From: Promethearchaeota archaeon
Lineage (GTDB): Archaea > Asgardarchaeota > Heimdallarchaeia > Hodarchaeales > Hodarchaeaceae
Length of the DNA: 62,941 nucleotides
Direction: 5' to 3'
Assembly: GCA_048938105.1 (NCBI GenBank)
Contig: JBHLMN010000028.1
Span: 1 to 62,941, forward strand
In this document: one piece after another, positions 1 to 9,525 of the stretch
Layout of the letters: each line of letters starts with the position of its first letter
How positions within the stretch are numbered: the stretch's first letter is position 1
Program-made: the position numbers and the translations under genes
The notes under the pieces: model-generated
What the model was told of the DNA's origin: nothing
The model's database searches: none
What the model saw: the letters and a program-made list of their open reading frames with translations, nothing else

Positions 1-2880
1 TTTCCTTATTGAAAAGGATAGTGAACTTTTTCCTCTTCGTTTTCTAGTCACAATGATTATCATTAGAATTAGAGGAAGATATTCGGGAAGAAATGGTGAA
101 GTCTCACTAATTACTGTTGTGGTAGTGCTTAAAGTTGATGAAGTTGTTGTTGGAGTTAGTGTAGGTGTTGTAGAGAGAGTCGTTGTCTCAAAAGGGTGTT
201 CAACAGGCTGGAGATAAAGGTAGGCTTTCCCAGCACGATAAGCTTGTTCATTATCCAACCAAGCTCCGATTATTATGTCATCATACCCATCATTATTCAC
301 ATCTCCAACACCACTGTGGAATAAACCGAAACCATCTCCTTCAATTCCACTAGTAAACGTACAATCCACTTCTGATAGAGAATATATCTTCTTCCATTCA
401 ATTGTTGGTTTTCCAAGGATCAAATATACTTCATATCCACTACTTTGTTCTCTAAACCAAGTTACTGCTGTTGAAGCTATCATAAAGTCATCGTAACTGT
501 CGTTATTGACATCACCTGCAGCAGAGATTTGCGATCCAGCCCAATCGTAGTCATTTTCACCAATAAACGACGAATCAGCCTGTGAATAAGAGTAAGTATC
601 ACTCCATTGGTCGGTTGGTCGACCTAGGAATATATAAGCTTGACCAGCTTCCTTTCCACCTTCGTTGCTAAACATGTCACCGATAGCAATATCGCTATAT
701 CCATCATTATTCACATCTCCTATTCCAGAAAGCTGAAAAATACCCTGAAGAGCATCAAAATAATATTCCGAAGTTTCATATGTTTTACCTGTGAATGTTA
801 TGTTTGCTTCTGAAAGGGGGACATTAAGTTTCCATTGGCTAGTAGGTCTTCCTAGGATCACAAAGTTTTGTCTAGCGTAATAACCTTCATCTTGGGTTAG
901 ACCACCAATAATAAGGTCATTAAATCCATCATTATTGATATCTCCAGCTCCAGAAATGGACATTCCAGCTCTAGCTTGAGATTTTATCCCATGAAAAGAG
1001 GCATTTGCCTCTGAAAGAGAAACATCCATTTTCCATAATTCAGATGATCTTCCGAAGATTATATAGGTTTTCCCTGTATATACACCAACACTAGGCTGAT
1101 TATGCCAGGCAGCTGCTATTGCAAAATCATCAAAACCATCAGCATTCACATCACCCACACCTGTAAGCACCCATCCTGAAAGATCCCCCGTTACATGAAG
1201 GGCGGATGAAGCAGCGCCTTCACCATAGAAGGAAGCATTGGCATGAGAAAGTGATAATTTATCTGAGGGCCAGGTCTCACGTCCTAGAATTAAATAAGTT
1301 TGGCCTGTATTTACACCCCACTCATCGTTTTCGTATGCACTAATGATGAAATCATCAAAGCCATCGTTATTGACGTCACCAACACCAACACCTCTACCAG
1401 CAACATCGTTTACTTCTTCTGCAATAAAAGACACATTAGCTTGTGAAAGATCAAAGGTAGTCCACTGTTTGGTTGGTCGTCCTAAAAGCAGATAGGTCTT
1501 TCCAGAGTAGAATCCTCTTTCTCCGTTAAAGTCTGAACCAATTATGAAATCATCAAAGCCATCGTTATTAACATCCCCTACTCCATCTATGGATGAAATC
1601 TGATCCATTTCCTTTTCCCCAAGGAATTCAAAAACAAAAGGAGTACTAGGATCTGGAGGTGCAGCTGTTTTCACAGTTACTATCACTGTATCTACAGCTA
1701 TGTTCCTAGAAATATCTACCACTGCTACTGTGAAATTATGATCGCCTACTTCTAATCCCTCTAAGACATAATTAATACATATATCATTATCCCAGTTCTC
1801 TGATTCAATAATTTCGTTATTTTGATATATCCAGTAGTGATCTGCAAACGAATCCTCGGCAGTCCAGCTGATAACCGTTCCTCCTCCACCATTCTCCACT
1901 GTGATATCTGCTGGTACAGAAACAATCTTTGGGGGAATACTGTCTTCAAGAGGCGCATCAACTGAAAAACTGTAGATAATTGTCCCATTACTGACTATCA
2001 CATCAATTTTGAAGCCTGATTCTGTCGCCTCTATAAGACAGATATGATTGTCCTTAAAAAAGTAATCCTCTGGCTTTAATGTGTATATACTGAGATCAGG
2101 ATCCCTTAAAGCACTGGTGCCAGCTCCTGAGACTATATAATTGATTCCGTCCCGAACTGTGGTGTAAAATAGATGGTCATGGCCGTTGACAACAAGATCC
2201 ACACCGTATTTCACAAAGAGTGCGTGCCATTTCGACCGAAGATACGCGTACTCTTCCCAACGAGTCCAAATACTCCACAAAGGTCTATGGAAGAAAACTA
2301 CAAGTCGTCGATTGATATTTGCCGCGAGTTCCACTTCTAACCAGGCATCTTGAGCCTTGGCTTCTAGGATATGACCAGGAAAAAAGTATAGCTCCGAATT
2401 AAGTGCAATAAAATGAGTATCATTCTGAGGAGAATCAAAAGAGTAATAAGTCATATTATTAGGAAAATTGACATTCGTTAGCGTGGTACTCAGATCATCG
2501 TCATACACGTAATACTCATCTGTATAATATTCATGGTTTCCAATGGAATAATATATCGGGATAGTAATGTATTGAGAGACGACAGGATGGTAGTACTTGT
2601 TCCAATCAGATTGGTCTCCTCCCCAATTCACCATATCCCCAGTATGAATACAAAACTCCGCATCTGTTTGATTAATTAGGTTGGCAACGGTAATATGGCC
2701 CGAATTATCTGCATAATCCACTTGAGTATCCCCGTATGTTACGAATTGATAGGGAGTGAATGCTGAAGTCTTCCCCTTAACGTTATGATAACTATTATTA
2801 GAAAATCCTGCAGGAATGAACAGGAAAACGAAAAATATAAGGAAAAAGTACTGTTTGGTTCTGATTCTGTTCATTATCAT
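1..2880 (-). CDS. Secreted, membrane-anchored purple-acid-phosphatase-type metallophosphoesterase fused to a 7-repeat FG-GAP (integrin-alpha-like) propeller; 3' end runs off the window
   Basis: Absent from the ORF track because there is no stop in the window. Manual translation from ATG 2880 gives a signal peptide (MIMNRIRTKQYFFLIFFVFLFIPAG), the motifs GDTQ, HTGDMV, GNHE, FFHRP and NGHDH, seven GDV/INxDG/SF/YxD repeats (~263-1590), a Thr-rich stalk and LPLILMIIIVTRKRRGK at the edge. Confidence 0.88.
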   Translation of the reverse strand, partial: MIMNRIRTKQYFFLIFFVFLFIPAGFSNNSYHNVKGKTSAFTPYQFVTYGDTQVDYADNSGHITVANLINQTDAEFCIHTGDMVNWGGDQSDWNKYYHPVVSQYITIPIYYSIGNHEYYTDEYYVYDDDLSTTLTNVNFPNNMTYYSFDSPQNDTHFIALNSELYFFPGHILEAKAQDAWLEVELAANINRRLVVFFHRPLWSIWTRWEEYAYLRSKWHALFVKYGVDLVVNGHDHLFYTTVRDGINYIVSGAGTSALRDPDLSIYTLKPEDYFFKDNHICLIEATESGFKIDVIVSNGTIIYSFSVDAPLEDSIPPKIVSVPADITVENGGGGTVISWTAEDSFADHYWIYQNNEIIESENWDNDICINYVLEGLEVGDHNFTVAVVDISRNIAVDTVIVTVKTAAPPDPSTPFVFEFLGEKEMDQISSIDGVGDVNNDGFDDFIIGSDFNGERGFYSGKTYLLLGRPTKQWTTFDLSQANVSFIAEEVNDVAGRGVGVGDVNNDGFDDFIISAYENDEWGVNTGQTYLILGRETWPSDKLSLSHANASFYGEGAASSALHVTGDLSGWVLTGVGDVNADGFDDFAIAAAWHNQPSVGVYTGKTYIIFGRSSELWKMDVSLSEANASFHGIKSQARAGMSISGAGDINNDGFNDLIIGGLTQDEGYYARQNFVILGRPTSQWKLNVPLSEANITFTGKTYETSEYYFDALQGIFQLSGIGDVNNDGYSDIAIGDMFSNEGGKEAGQAYIFLGRPTDQWSDTYSYSQADSSFIGENDYDWAGSQISAAGDVNNDSYDDFMIASTAVTWFREQSSGYEVYLILGKPTIEWKKIYSLSEVDCTFTSGIEGDGFGLFHSGVGDVNNDGYDDIIIGAWLDNEQAYRAGKAYLYLQPVEHPFETTTLSTTPTLTPTTTSSTLSTTTTVISETSPFLPEYLPLILMIIIVTRKRRGKSSLSFSIRK

Positions 2881-3124
2881 AATACCACACATTCAATGTA
2901 TCTTGTTTTCCGTAAAATAGTCCAGTAATACCTACAAATGGAGAAGAACACCACTTAAAGTTTTAGTTTCAAAAAAGTGTAACTCTTTCAATTCCTGCTT
3001 AAACTTTCTTAAAAGTCTCAGAATGAACAGATAATGATTATATTCTCCTCCGTCATTTTCGGTGATCTCTCAGACTGTGTTGTGAATTTGAGTGAAGGGA
3101 ATGTATACCTCTATATGACTAGGC

Positions 3125-3934
3125 ATGATCCAAGACTATCGAAATCGTGAGATACCTCCTAATAGCTTCATATCCGCTGATGCACGGTATCTACAGATGC
3201 AGCAGTGCCTTCGACTCGGTATACCACACTTGGGCGATGTTATTGGGCTATATCCAGGCAGTTTAACGTTGATTCAGGGGGATGTGCCAAGTTCAACCGT
3301 ACGCACACTCACCACTCAGCTCACGGTTTCACTGTTGGTAAACAACCCTCGCGTTGATCTTGCTTTTGTTGATGGAGCAAACTTTTTTCCATATTATGAA
3401 ATATCAGTCGAGGCAAGGAAGCGTGGGTTGGATCCACTGAGAATCCTAGATAGGATCCAACTATCGCGTGCCTTTAATTACCATCAAATGACCGAAATTA
3501 TCAGCAAAAAACTGCCTCAATTGGTTGATACGAACCCTCGCATTCGTATTATTCTGGTACCTCAGGTTTCATCCCTTTACTTGTCGAAGGAAGCGCTACA
3601 GTATCTTGAATATGACAAATTAACACCAGCGTCCTCCATTCTAGAGCTAACACAGGCTGTAGGGAAATTGAAAGGTCTGTGTTTACAGTACGATTTGGTA
3701 GGGATAATGACCGCTGAAAGTGCACCTCATTCAAAACATAAGGCCCTTGGAGGCACATTTTTGTCGCATTCGGCAACTGATGTCATTCGTGTGACAGCAA
3801 CTCCTAATAGCAATCAAAAGGATCATACACTCCATTTCCTTGTCCAGAAAGGTGGGCCAGTAGTCCAAGAAAAACTCTCCTACAAAGTAAAGAGGGAGGA
3901 GAGGCAACAAATACCCTTGACACAATTTTGGTGA
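3125..3934 (+). CDS. Inactive RadA/Rad51-like protein of the PolB2 cassette
   Basis: RecA-fold motifs (FVDGANFF, IQLSRAFN, LGGTFLSHSAT) are present, but Walker A (GDVPSSTV) and Walker B (ILVPQV) are degenerate. C-terminus QIPLTQFW. Confidence 0.8.
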   Translation: MIQDYRNREIPPNSFISADARYLQMQQCLRLGIPHLGDVIGLYPGSLTLIQGDVPSSTVRTLTTQLTVSLLVNNPRVDLAFVDGANFFPYYEISVEARKRGLDPLRILDRIQLSRAFNYHQMTEIISKKLPQLVDTNPRIRIILVPQVSSLYLSKEALQYLEYDKLTPASSILELTQAVGKLKGLCLQYDLVGIMTAESAPHSKHKALGGTFLSHSATDVIRVTATPNSNQKDHTLHFLVQKGGPVVQEKLSYKVKREERQQIPLTQFW

Positions 3935-3940
3935 GCAATA

Positions 3941-4246
3941 ATGGGTAGAACCCTTCCCTCTTACAGAAGAATGATCGAAAAAGAACGTGCAATCTGGCAG
4001 CGTAGTTATGCGGCTCGGCTTCGTGAACCACACCGTACGAGTTTCACCGAACTCTGGTTATATGCATTTCAGCTTGCGGACGCGGCTTCCACGAACACAC
4101 GTCCTTTAGTCCTTGATAATGTCATGATGTCAATGTTGATCGGACAACACTCCGAGATTCAAAAAATGAAAGACGAACTAGCAAGGTTAAAGAAGAAATT
4201 AACCCAAATCACAGAGCGAGGTAGTGACCCCGAGAGGGAGACTTAA
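3941..4246 (+). CDS. Small helical PolB2-associated protein (arCOG07300-like)
   Basis: MGRTLPSYR N-terminus and position between the RadA-like gene and PolB2 match the known PolB2 operon. Confidence 0.75.
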   Translation: MGRTLPSYRRMIEKERAIWQRSYAARLREPHRTSFTELWLYAFQLADAASTNTRPLVLDNVMMSMLIGQHSEIQKMKDELARLKKKLTQITERGSDPERET

Positions 4247-4267
4247 TCACCTATTGGAACTACTAAC

Positions 4268-7200
4268 ATGTCTCTGATCCGTGCATGGCTCCACGAAGTC
4301 GAAGCTGGCGATTGGGGGGTTAATACGTACTGGATCACGGGGAGAAAGGTCATTCAAGCCTTTTATCCCCTCACAGCAGAATTTTTTCTCGCGAAGACCG
4401 ATAGCTACATTGAAAAGCAATTGTTGAGTCATCCGTACATTGGAAGTATAGAAAGAGTGTCAAAGTACCTTTCTATCCATGACCAGAAACCGTCATCTGT
4501 TTTATGCATTCGAGTCAACCCTCGTCGAATTCGAGCTACCTATGAAGACTTACGTAAGTATTGGGGCGAGTATCTTCACAATGCAGATTTGAGTTTGTGG
4601 CAGCAGTTTTGTTTTCAAACAGAGCTTTTTCCTTATGCTTGCGCAGAAATCGATATTAGCAATGGACATCTAAAGAACTGGCAGCTGCTTGAGTCCTATA
4701 CTCAAATGGATTATCAACCAGTACCATTTCGTGTTCTTTGGTTTCAACCCTTTTTCGAAGACTCTAATCTTTCTCGGGGAAAGATAACAAAAATCTTGAT
4801 CCGTAAATCGGTAATTGATCAAGAGGAGGAGCCAATTGTCTTTGAAGAACAGACGGAGGCAGAACTCATACGCAACAGTATCCAATACATTCAACGAATT
4901 AATCCTGATCTCTTATTCACACGAGGGGGGGATACCTTCCTTCCAATTATCGCGGAGCATGCTGTACAGGCGGGGGAAGGATATCTGCGTGTTGGTCGGG
5001 GCCCCCGTCCTCTGAGAAGCTATGTGCGACGTAAGGATGCAGGTAATCGGGGCCACAGTTACATGTCGTACGGACGGGTCTTTTTCTCTCAACACGGGGT
5101 TTACTTTGATGGAGGCCGTCATCATTATGATGTTGGCAATTCTTTCATGTGGAAGGATGGAAATATTGCAGGTATTCATGAGCTGGTACGCTTAGGATGT
5201 AGTGATCCTCAGCGTATCGCTCGTGGTACCATAGGAACCACATTATCCGCAGTACAGATGCGAACCGCTTATTACCGAGACATACTAATTCCTGCGCGAA
5301 AAGCCGATCCAGAGTCATTCCGTCCTGCTTGGACCATGGAAACCGATGTTGGAGGGCTTGTGTTTTCACCCCAAGTTGGGTTCCATGCAAATGTGACAGA
5401 GCTAGACTTTTTGAGTATGTACCCTAATATCATGGTTCATCGGAATGTTTCTCCCGAAACCGTCAACTGTACGTGTTGTGTTAGCGACAGGAAGCAGCGG
5501 GTACCTCTTACTAATTATCATGTCTGCACGAAAAGACGTGGTATCATTAGTCTTTCACTTCAAAATATCCTACGACGACGTCAGTATTATAAAGCAAAGC
5601 GAAACGTCCACCCAGATTATGATAGACGTCAGAAAGTGCTTAAGTGGCTCCTAGTGACCTGTTTTGACTCTACTACGATTCTTCCGGTTCACGCTAAAGG
5701 AAAATTGAGATTAGTTAAGATTGGTCCATTCATCGATGATTTATTAGCGAATAATGAAGATTTAGAAGGGATAGCAGTTATCGGGGTGGATGGAACTTTT
5801 AAAACGACATTTAATCCTGTAAAAAAAGCTTTTCGGCTGAGAGCTCCACCTGAACTCTATCGGATCAAACTAGAGACAGGACGGGAATTCACTGTAACAA
5901 AAGACCATACATGCTATGTTTTGGCTAATGGAACTCTACGGGAAAAAACTGCGGCCAAAATCAAGAAAGGGGATTTCCTTCCTGTTATGCTCCAAATGCC
6001 TGAAGTGACCTCTTCTTCCTATGTCGATGTGCTTTCTAAGCTTTTACAGATTGCCTCGGGGGAAGATCTAGATATATGGCGGGTTTGGGGGTCTAATCTT
6101 ACAGAGTACATTCAAGTTAAGAGAGCAGAGATCCAACGTAGTATGAAGGGACACCATAACCCCAGTGCAATTCGTTCTTGGCTAGTTGGTAGTTTCATAC
6201 CCCTTCGTTACTTCAGTTTACTCAAAGTTCCAAAAGAAAAATGGAAGACGTTCAAAGTGGGTTGTGGTCGTCGTGGAGGTGGGGAACTAGGTTTTCTTCC
6301 TGCGTATTTCGAAATTGATGGCGATTTAGGTTTTTTTTTGGGATATTTTCTTGGTGATGGTAGTGCTCGTCCGACATTTCTACGCTTAAGTGTAAATTCT
6401 GCAGATACAGATCTGCTTAGTTGGTTTGAACAGTTTATTGCTGAACGATTCGGTCTTGTGATTCACATACGGAAGGAACCGCACACTCAGATGTATACGC
6501 TCCAGATTAATTCATCGACTCTAGTTCGGATTCTTACAGAAATTTTTGAGGTTGCCAGAACACGAGCACTGGGAAAACTCAAAGTACCCTCGTTGATTCT
6601 CAACAGTTCTGAAGACACCATTCTTGGCTTTTTTGGGGGATTAATCGCAAGTGATGGAAGTGTCCATCCTAACCGTAATGTTGTTAAAGTTTGTAGTTGT
6701 GATTATCCATTTATTCAGGAATTGGCCTATCTTGTTTCTCGCGTGGGTCTTTACGTAACTCTTCAGCATTCTACCCCACAGAAAGGCACCAGTATGCATG
6801 AACTGTGTTTTTCTGGGGCAGAGACCCTGGAAGCGTTAATGAAAAGCGGGTATATCAAACATTTACATGAAATGAAAATCAGATCAAAGAAGAATAAGAT
6901 AAGATCTCGTGCTTGGGCAAAAGACCTTCCAGTGAGAGAATCAGGATTGCTATCCCTCGCTAAAAAGGCACGTACGGCTAGAAGTCCACGTATCGCAGAT
7001 AAAATTCGAACATCTCGTGAAGTTGTACGAATGCAACTCGAGCGGATCATGCAAAAGAAAAAAAGATTGAATTCTGATGACCTCAAGCAGTTTACCATTA
7101 TTGAACACCTAGTAGACAGTGACCTAGGGTTTGCACGAGTTGCCGAAATTAATCGTGTATCCTCAAATCACAACTTTGTATACTGTTTTGAAGTAACTAA

Positions 7201-8095
7201 TCATTTTCCTGGCCTTGTTGCAGGAGCGGCTGGTATCTTTTCGCACAACTGTTTTGGTTATACAGGGTACAGGAATGCACGGTTTGGACGAATTGAGTCA
7301 CACGAGGCGATCTCTGCTTACAGTCGACACGGGTTAACTCTCACCCAACAAATTGCCTCCCGTTATGGATTGGAAGTAATTGCTGGCATTGTAGACTCTG
7401 TTTGGCTGAAAGATCCCGAAGAAGAACCGCTCCCGCTAGATGTAGTGTGTAAATTGCGTCAAGAAGTAGCTGACGTTGTCAAATTACCAGTTGAACATGC
7501 ATGTGATTATCATTGGAGCATTTTTTTACCTCGTCGTCATGAACCAGAAATTGGGGTATTGAACCGCTATTATGGTCTGAAGACGGATGGGACATTTCGG
7601 ATCCGCGGTATTGAGATTCGTCAGTCGAGTAGCCCTCCGTTCATCCAGAAGCTTCAGATGAAAATGCTCGAAATCCTAGCAAAAGCTCGGACAAGAGAGC
7701 AGTTTCAATCAGCTAGCCAACGAGCTAAGAAATTCATGAGAAGCTGCGGTGAGGAACTAGGGAATGGTAACATTCCTCTTGAAGAACTGCTAATAACAAT
7801 TCGTCCCTCACGTTCGCCTAATGAGTACGTCAATAACTCTCGGCAAGCAATCGCAGCTAAACAGCTAGCTGCTTTGGGGGTTAATGTTGAGCCTGGGATG
7901 AAGATCCGCTACCTTATTATTGATGCTGCTGCGAAAGATTACAGGAAACGCGTAAAGGCAGAGCAACTTTTGAGGGGAAACGAACAATATGACGTTAACG
8001 AATATCAGAAACTGATTCTCAGAGCATATGAGAACTTAATCCCCCCTGAATTCGAAATGAAAAATCCAACACTGGAATCATTCTTGTTAGTGTAA
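4268..8095 (+). CDS. polB2: Family B DNA polymerase of the PolB2 group, intein-containing (mature protein ~745 aa)
   Basis: Motif A ELDFLSMYP; motif B KWLLVT|CFGYTGY split by the intein; motif C changed to GIVDS; RGIEIRQ; exonuclease acidic motifs missing. Confidence 0.88.
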   Translation: MSLIRAWLHEVEAGDWGVNTYWITGRKVIQAFYPLTAEFFLAKTDSYIEKQLLSHPYIGSIERVSKYLSIHDQKPSSVLCIRVNPRRIRATYEDLRKYWGEYLHNADLSLWQQFCFQTELFPYACAEIDISNGHLKNWQLLESYTQMDYQPVPFRVLWFQPFFEDSNLSRGKITKILIRKSVIDQEEEPIVFEEQTEAELIRNSIQYIQRINPDLLFTRGGDTFLPIIAEHAVQAGEGYLRVGRGPRPLRSYVRRKDAGNRGHSYMSYGRVFFSQHGVYFDGGRHHYDVGNSFMWKDGNIAGIHELVRLGCSDPQRIARGTIGTTLSAVQMRTAYYRDILIPARKADPESFRPAWTMETDVGGLVFSPQVGFHANVTELDFLSMYPNIMVHRNVSPETVNCTCCVSDRKQRVPLTNYHVCTKRRGIISLSLQNILRRRQYYKAKRNVHPDYDRRQKVLKWLLVTCFDSTTILPVHAKGKLRLVKIGPFIDDLLANNEDLEGIAVIGVDGTFKTTFNPVKKAFRLRAPPELYRIKLETGREFTVTKDHTCYVLANGTLREKTAAKIKKGDFLPVMLQMPEVTSSSYVDVLSKLLQIASGEDLDIWRVWGSNLTEYIQVKRAEIQRSMKGHHNPSAIRSWLVGSFIPLRYFSLLKVPKEKWKTFKVGCGRRGGGELGFLPAYFEIDGDLGFFLGYFLGDGSARPTFLRLSVNSADTDLLSWFEQFIAERFGLVIHIRKEPHTQMYTLQINSSTLVRILTEIFEVARTRALGKLKVPSLILNSSEDTILGFFGGLIASDGSVHPNRNVVKVCSCDYPFIQELAYLVSRVGLYVTLQHSTPQKGTSMHELCFSGAETLEALMKSGYIKHLHEMKIRSKKNKIRSRAWAKDLPVRESGLLSLAKKARTARSPRIADKIRTSREVVRMQLERIMQKKKRLNSDDLKQFTIIEHLVDSDLGFARVAEINRVSSNHNFVYCFEVTNHFPGLVAGAAGIFSHNCFGYTGYRNARFGRIESHEAISAYSRHGLTLTQQIASRYGLEVIAGIVDSVWLKDPEEEPLPLDVVCKLRQEVADVVKLPVEHACDYHWSIFLPRRHEPEIGVLNRYYGLKTDGTFRIRGIEIRQSSSPPFIQKLQMKMLEILAKARTREQFQSASQRAKKFMRSCGEELGNGNIPLEELLITIRPSRSPNEYVNNSRQAIAAKQLAALGVNVEPGMKIRYLIIDAAAKDYRKRVKAEQLLRGNEQYDVNEYQKLILRAYENLIPPEFEMKNPTLESFLLV
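5660..7249 (+). mobile_element. Intein (530 aa) with LAGLIDADG homing endonuclease
   Basis: Starts at CFDSTT, has block B FTVTKDH, LAGLIDADG helices LGYFLGDGS and FGGLIASDGS, block F VYCFEV, and ends SHN before the extein Cys. Confidence 0.92.
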
Positions 8096-8121
8096 TAGAT
8101 TTTGTTTGAGCTTGTATAGTG

Positions 8122-9417
8122 TTAGAGCTTTTTGATCTTCCTTTTCAGCTCTTTTTTGTCTGTTAAGGGGTTTTCAAGTTTTGTTATCGTTTCTTGAATG
8201 ATAGAATCCATCATATTCATGATTCCTTGTCCTGATAGAGCATTGGTATCGAAATACTCCCCCATTTCTTTTAGTAGTTCTCCTGCACTTGCTGTTTGAT
8301 GAAGAGCAGTTTTTATTACTTCTTCTGAAACAGGTAAATTCAACCCAAACTCACGCCATTTATCACGCACACGCCCATAGTAAGTTGATTCATCATTTTC
8401 TGCGATTGTACTAGTTCCCCCTGAATATTGAATGGCAAGAGGCCTACTTTGAAAGAGTATAGATCGTAATTTTCCCCATATTTCCTCTGTTTGAGTTTTA
8501 TTATCTATTTCTTCTGTTAACCGTGTATAGACCAGTTGGGCTGCAATTTCTCGGCATAAAGCTTTCGTATTGGCCTCACTCAAGAGTTTTGTTCCATATT
8601 TATCATCAGATTCTCTTATAGAATTATAAATGAGTGCTTCTAAATCAGGAAATGTAATTTGATTATTCTCTATTTTATATTTCACAATTCTTTCTTTTCC
8701 TTTTTCACTTACCAGAGTTGGAAAAGAGTACTCTCCTATCTCCTGGTTTAGTGTATCTGCTATTTTTTGCATAATCGCTTGTAAAAGTGTTTCATGCCAT
8801 TCTGGATCCTGAATGTGTTTTTCTAAATCTATCTTATTTCCGCAATAAATTATTTGAGCTAGAATCTCTGATTTTCCAATCCCGAGAACTTTTTTGATCT
8901 GCTCAATACTGTTGAAACAAGATAATTCTCTTGATTTATCAAAAACAACAATTAAGTTGTCATCAGGCCCAATCATCTTTCCTAAAACCGCTCTAAAATG
9001 GTCAAAGATGTTTTGCCCACCTACATCATTTCCTAAAAGCCGAATCTTGTATGTTGTGCCATTCTGGTTATATGGAAAGATATATTCGAAATCTTCTAGT
9101 CCCACAGTTTCCGTATCAAGACTAACTGTTTTGATATCCCATATAGTTTTTCCATATCTCAGGAAAAAGCCATGTGTCTTTACCCAATTTTGAAATATTG
9201 GTGTACTCACATGAAAATCCGCTTCAATTGCCTTCTTGGACAAGGAGTAAATTTTTTGGAAATATTCTTCTAATAATCTCGCAAAAGTAATTAGAATCTG
9301 CGTTTTTCCAGACATACCATCCCCAATAAACGTCAATTTTACTACAACTTCTTTCATTGAATGTAAATTGATATTATCTGCTTGAAATCCAGAGAAATTA
9401 CTCGCTTTGTTTGTCAA
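8122..9417 (-). CDS. Ras-superfamily small GTPase with two large insertions
   Basis: G1 GDGMSGKT, G2 ETVG, G3 DVGGQ, IVVFD, G4 NKID, G5-like DTNALSGQG. Confidence 0.78.
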   Translation of the reverse strand: MTNKASNFSGFQADNINLHSMKEVVVKLTFIGDGMSGKTQILITFARLLEEYFQKIYSLSKKAIEADFHVSTPIFQNWVKTHGFFLRYGKTIWDIKTVSLDTETVGLEDFEYIFPYNQNGTTYKIRLLGNDVGGQNIFDHFRAVLGKMIGPDDNLIVVFDKSRELSCFNSIEQIKKVLGIGKSEILAQIIYCGNKIDLEKHIQDPEWHETLLQAIMQKIADTLNQEIGEYSFPTLVSEKGKERIVKYKIENNQITFPDLEALIYNSIRESDDKYGTKLLSEANTKALCREIAAQLVYTRLTEEIDNKTQTEEIWGKLRSILFQSRPLAIQYSGGTSTIAENDESTYYGRVRDKWREFGLNLPVSEEVIKTALHQTASAGELLKEMGEYFDTNALSGQGIMNMMDSIIQETITKLENPLTDKKELKRKIKKL

Positions 9418-9525
9418 AAAATTAAGCTCCTTATCTATTCTTTTGGTATGCTTCCAATGATATAAAGTATTCAGAATAGTATTTATTATAGCAATTATAA
9501 TATTTTCATATCAGAGAGTACTAAT

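Noticed and set aside
263-1590. Recurring ATCATC..ACC/GCCATC..TT repeats that might suggest a CRISPR or DGR array
   Set aside because: They are degenerate, in-frame FG-GAP protein repeats with long coding spacers.
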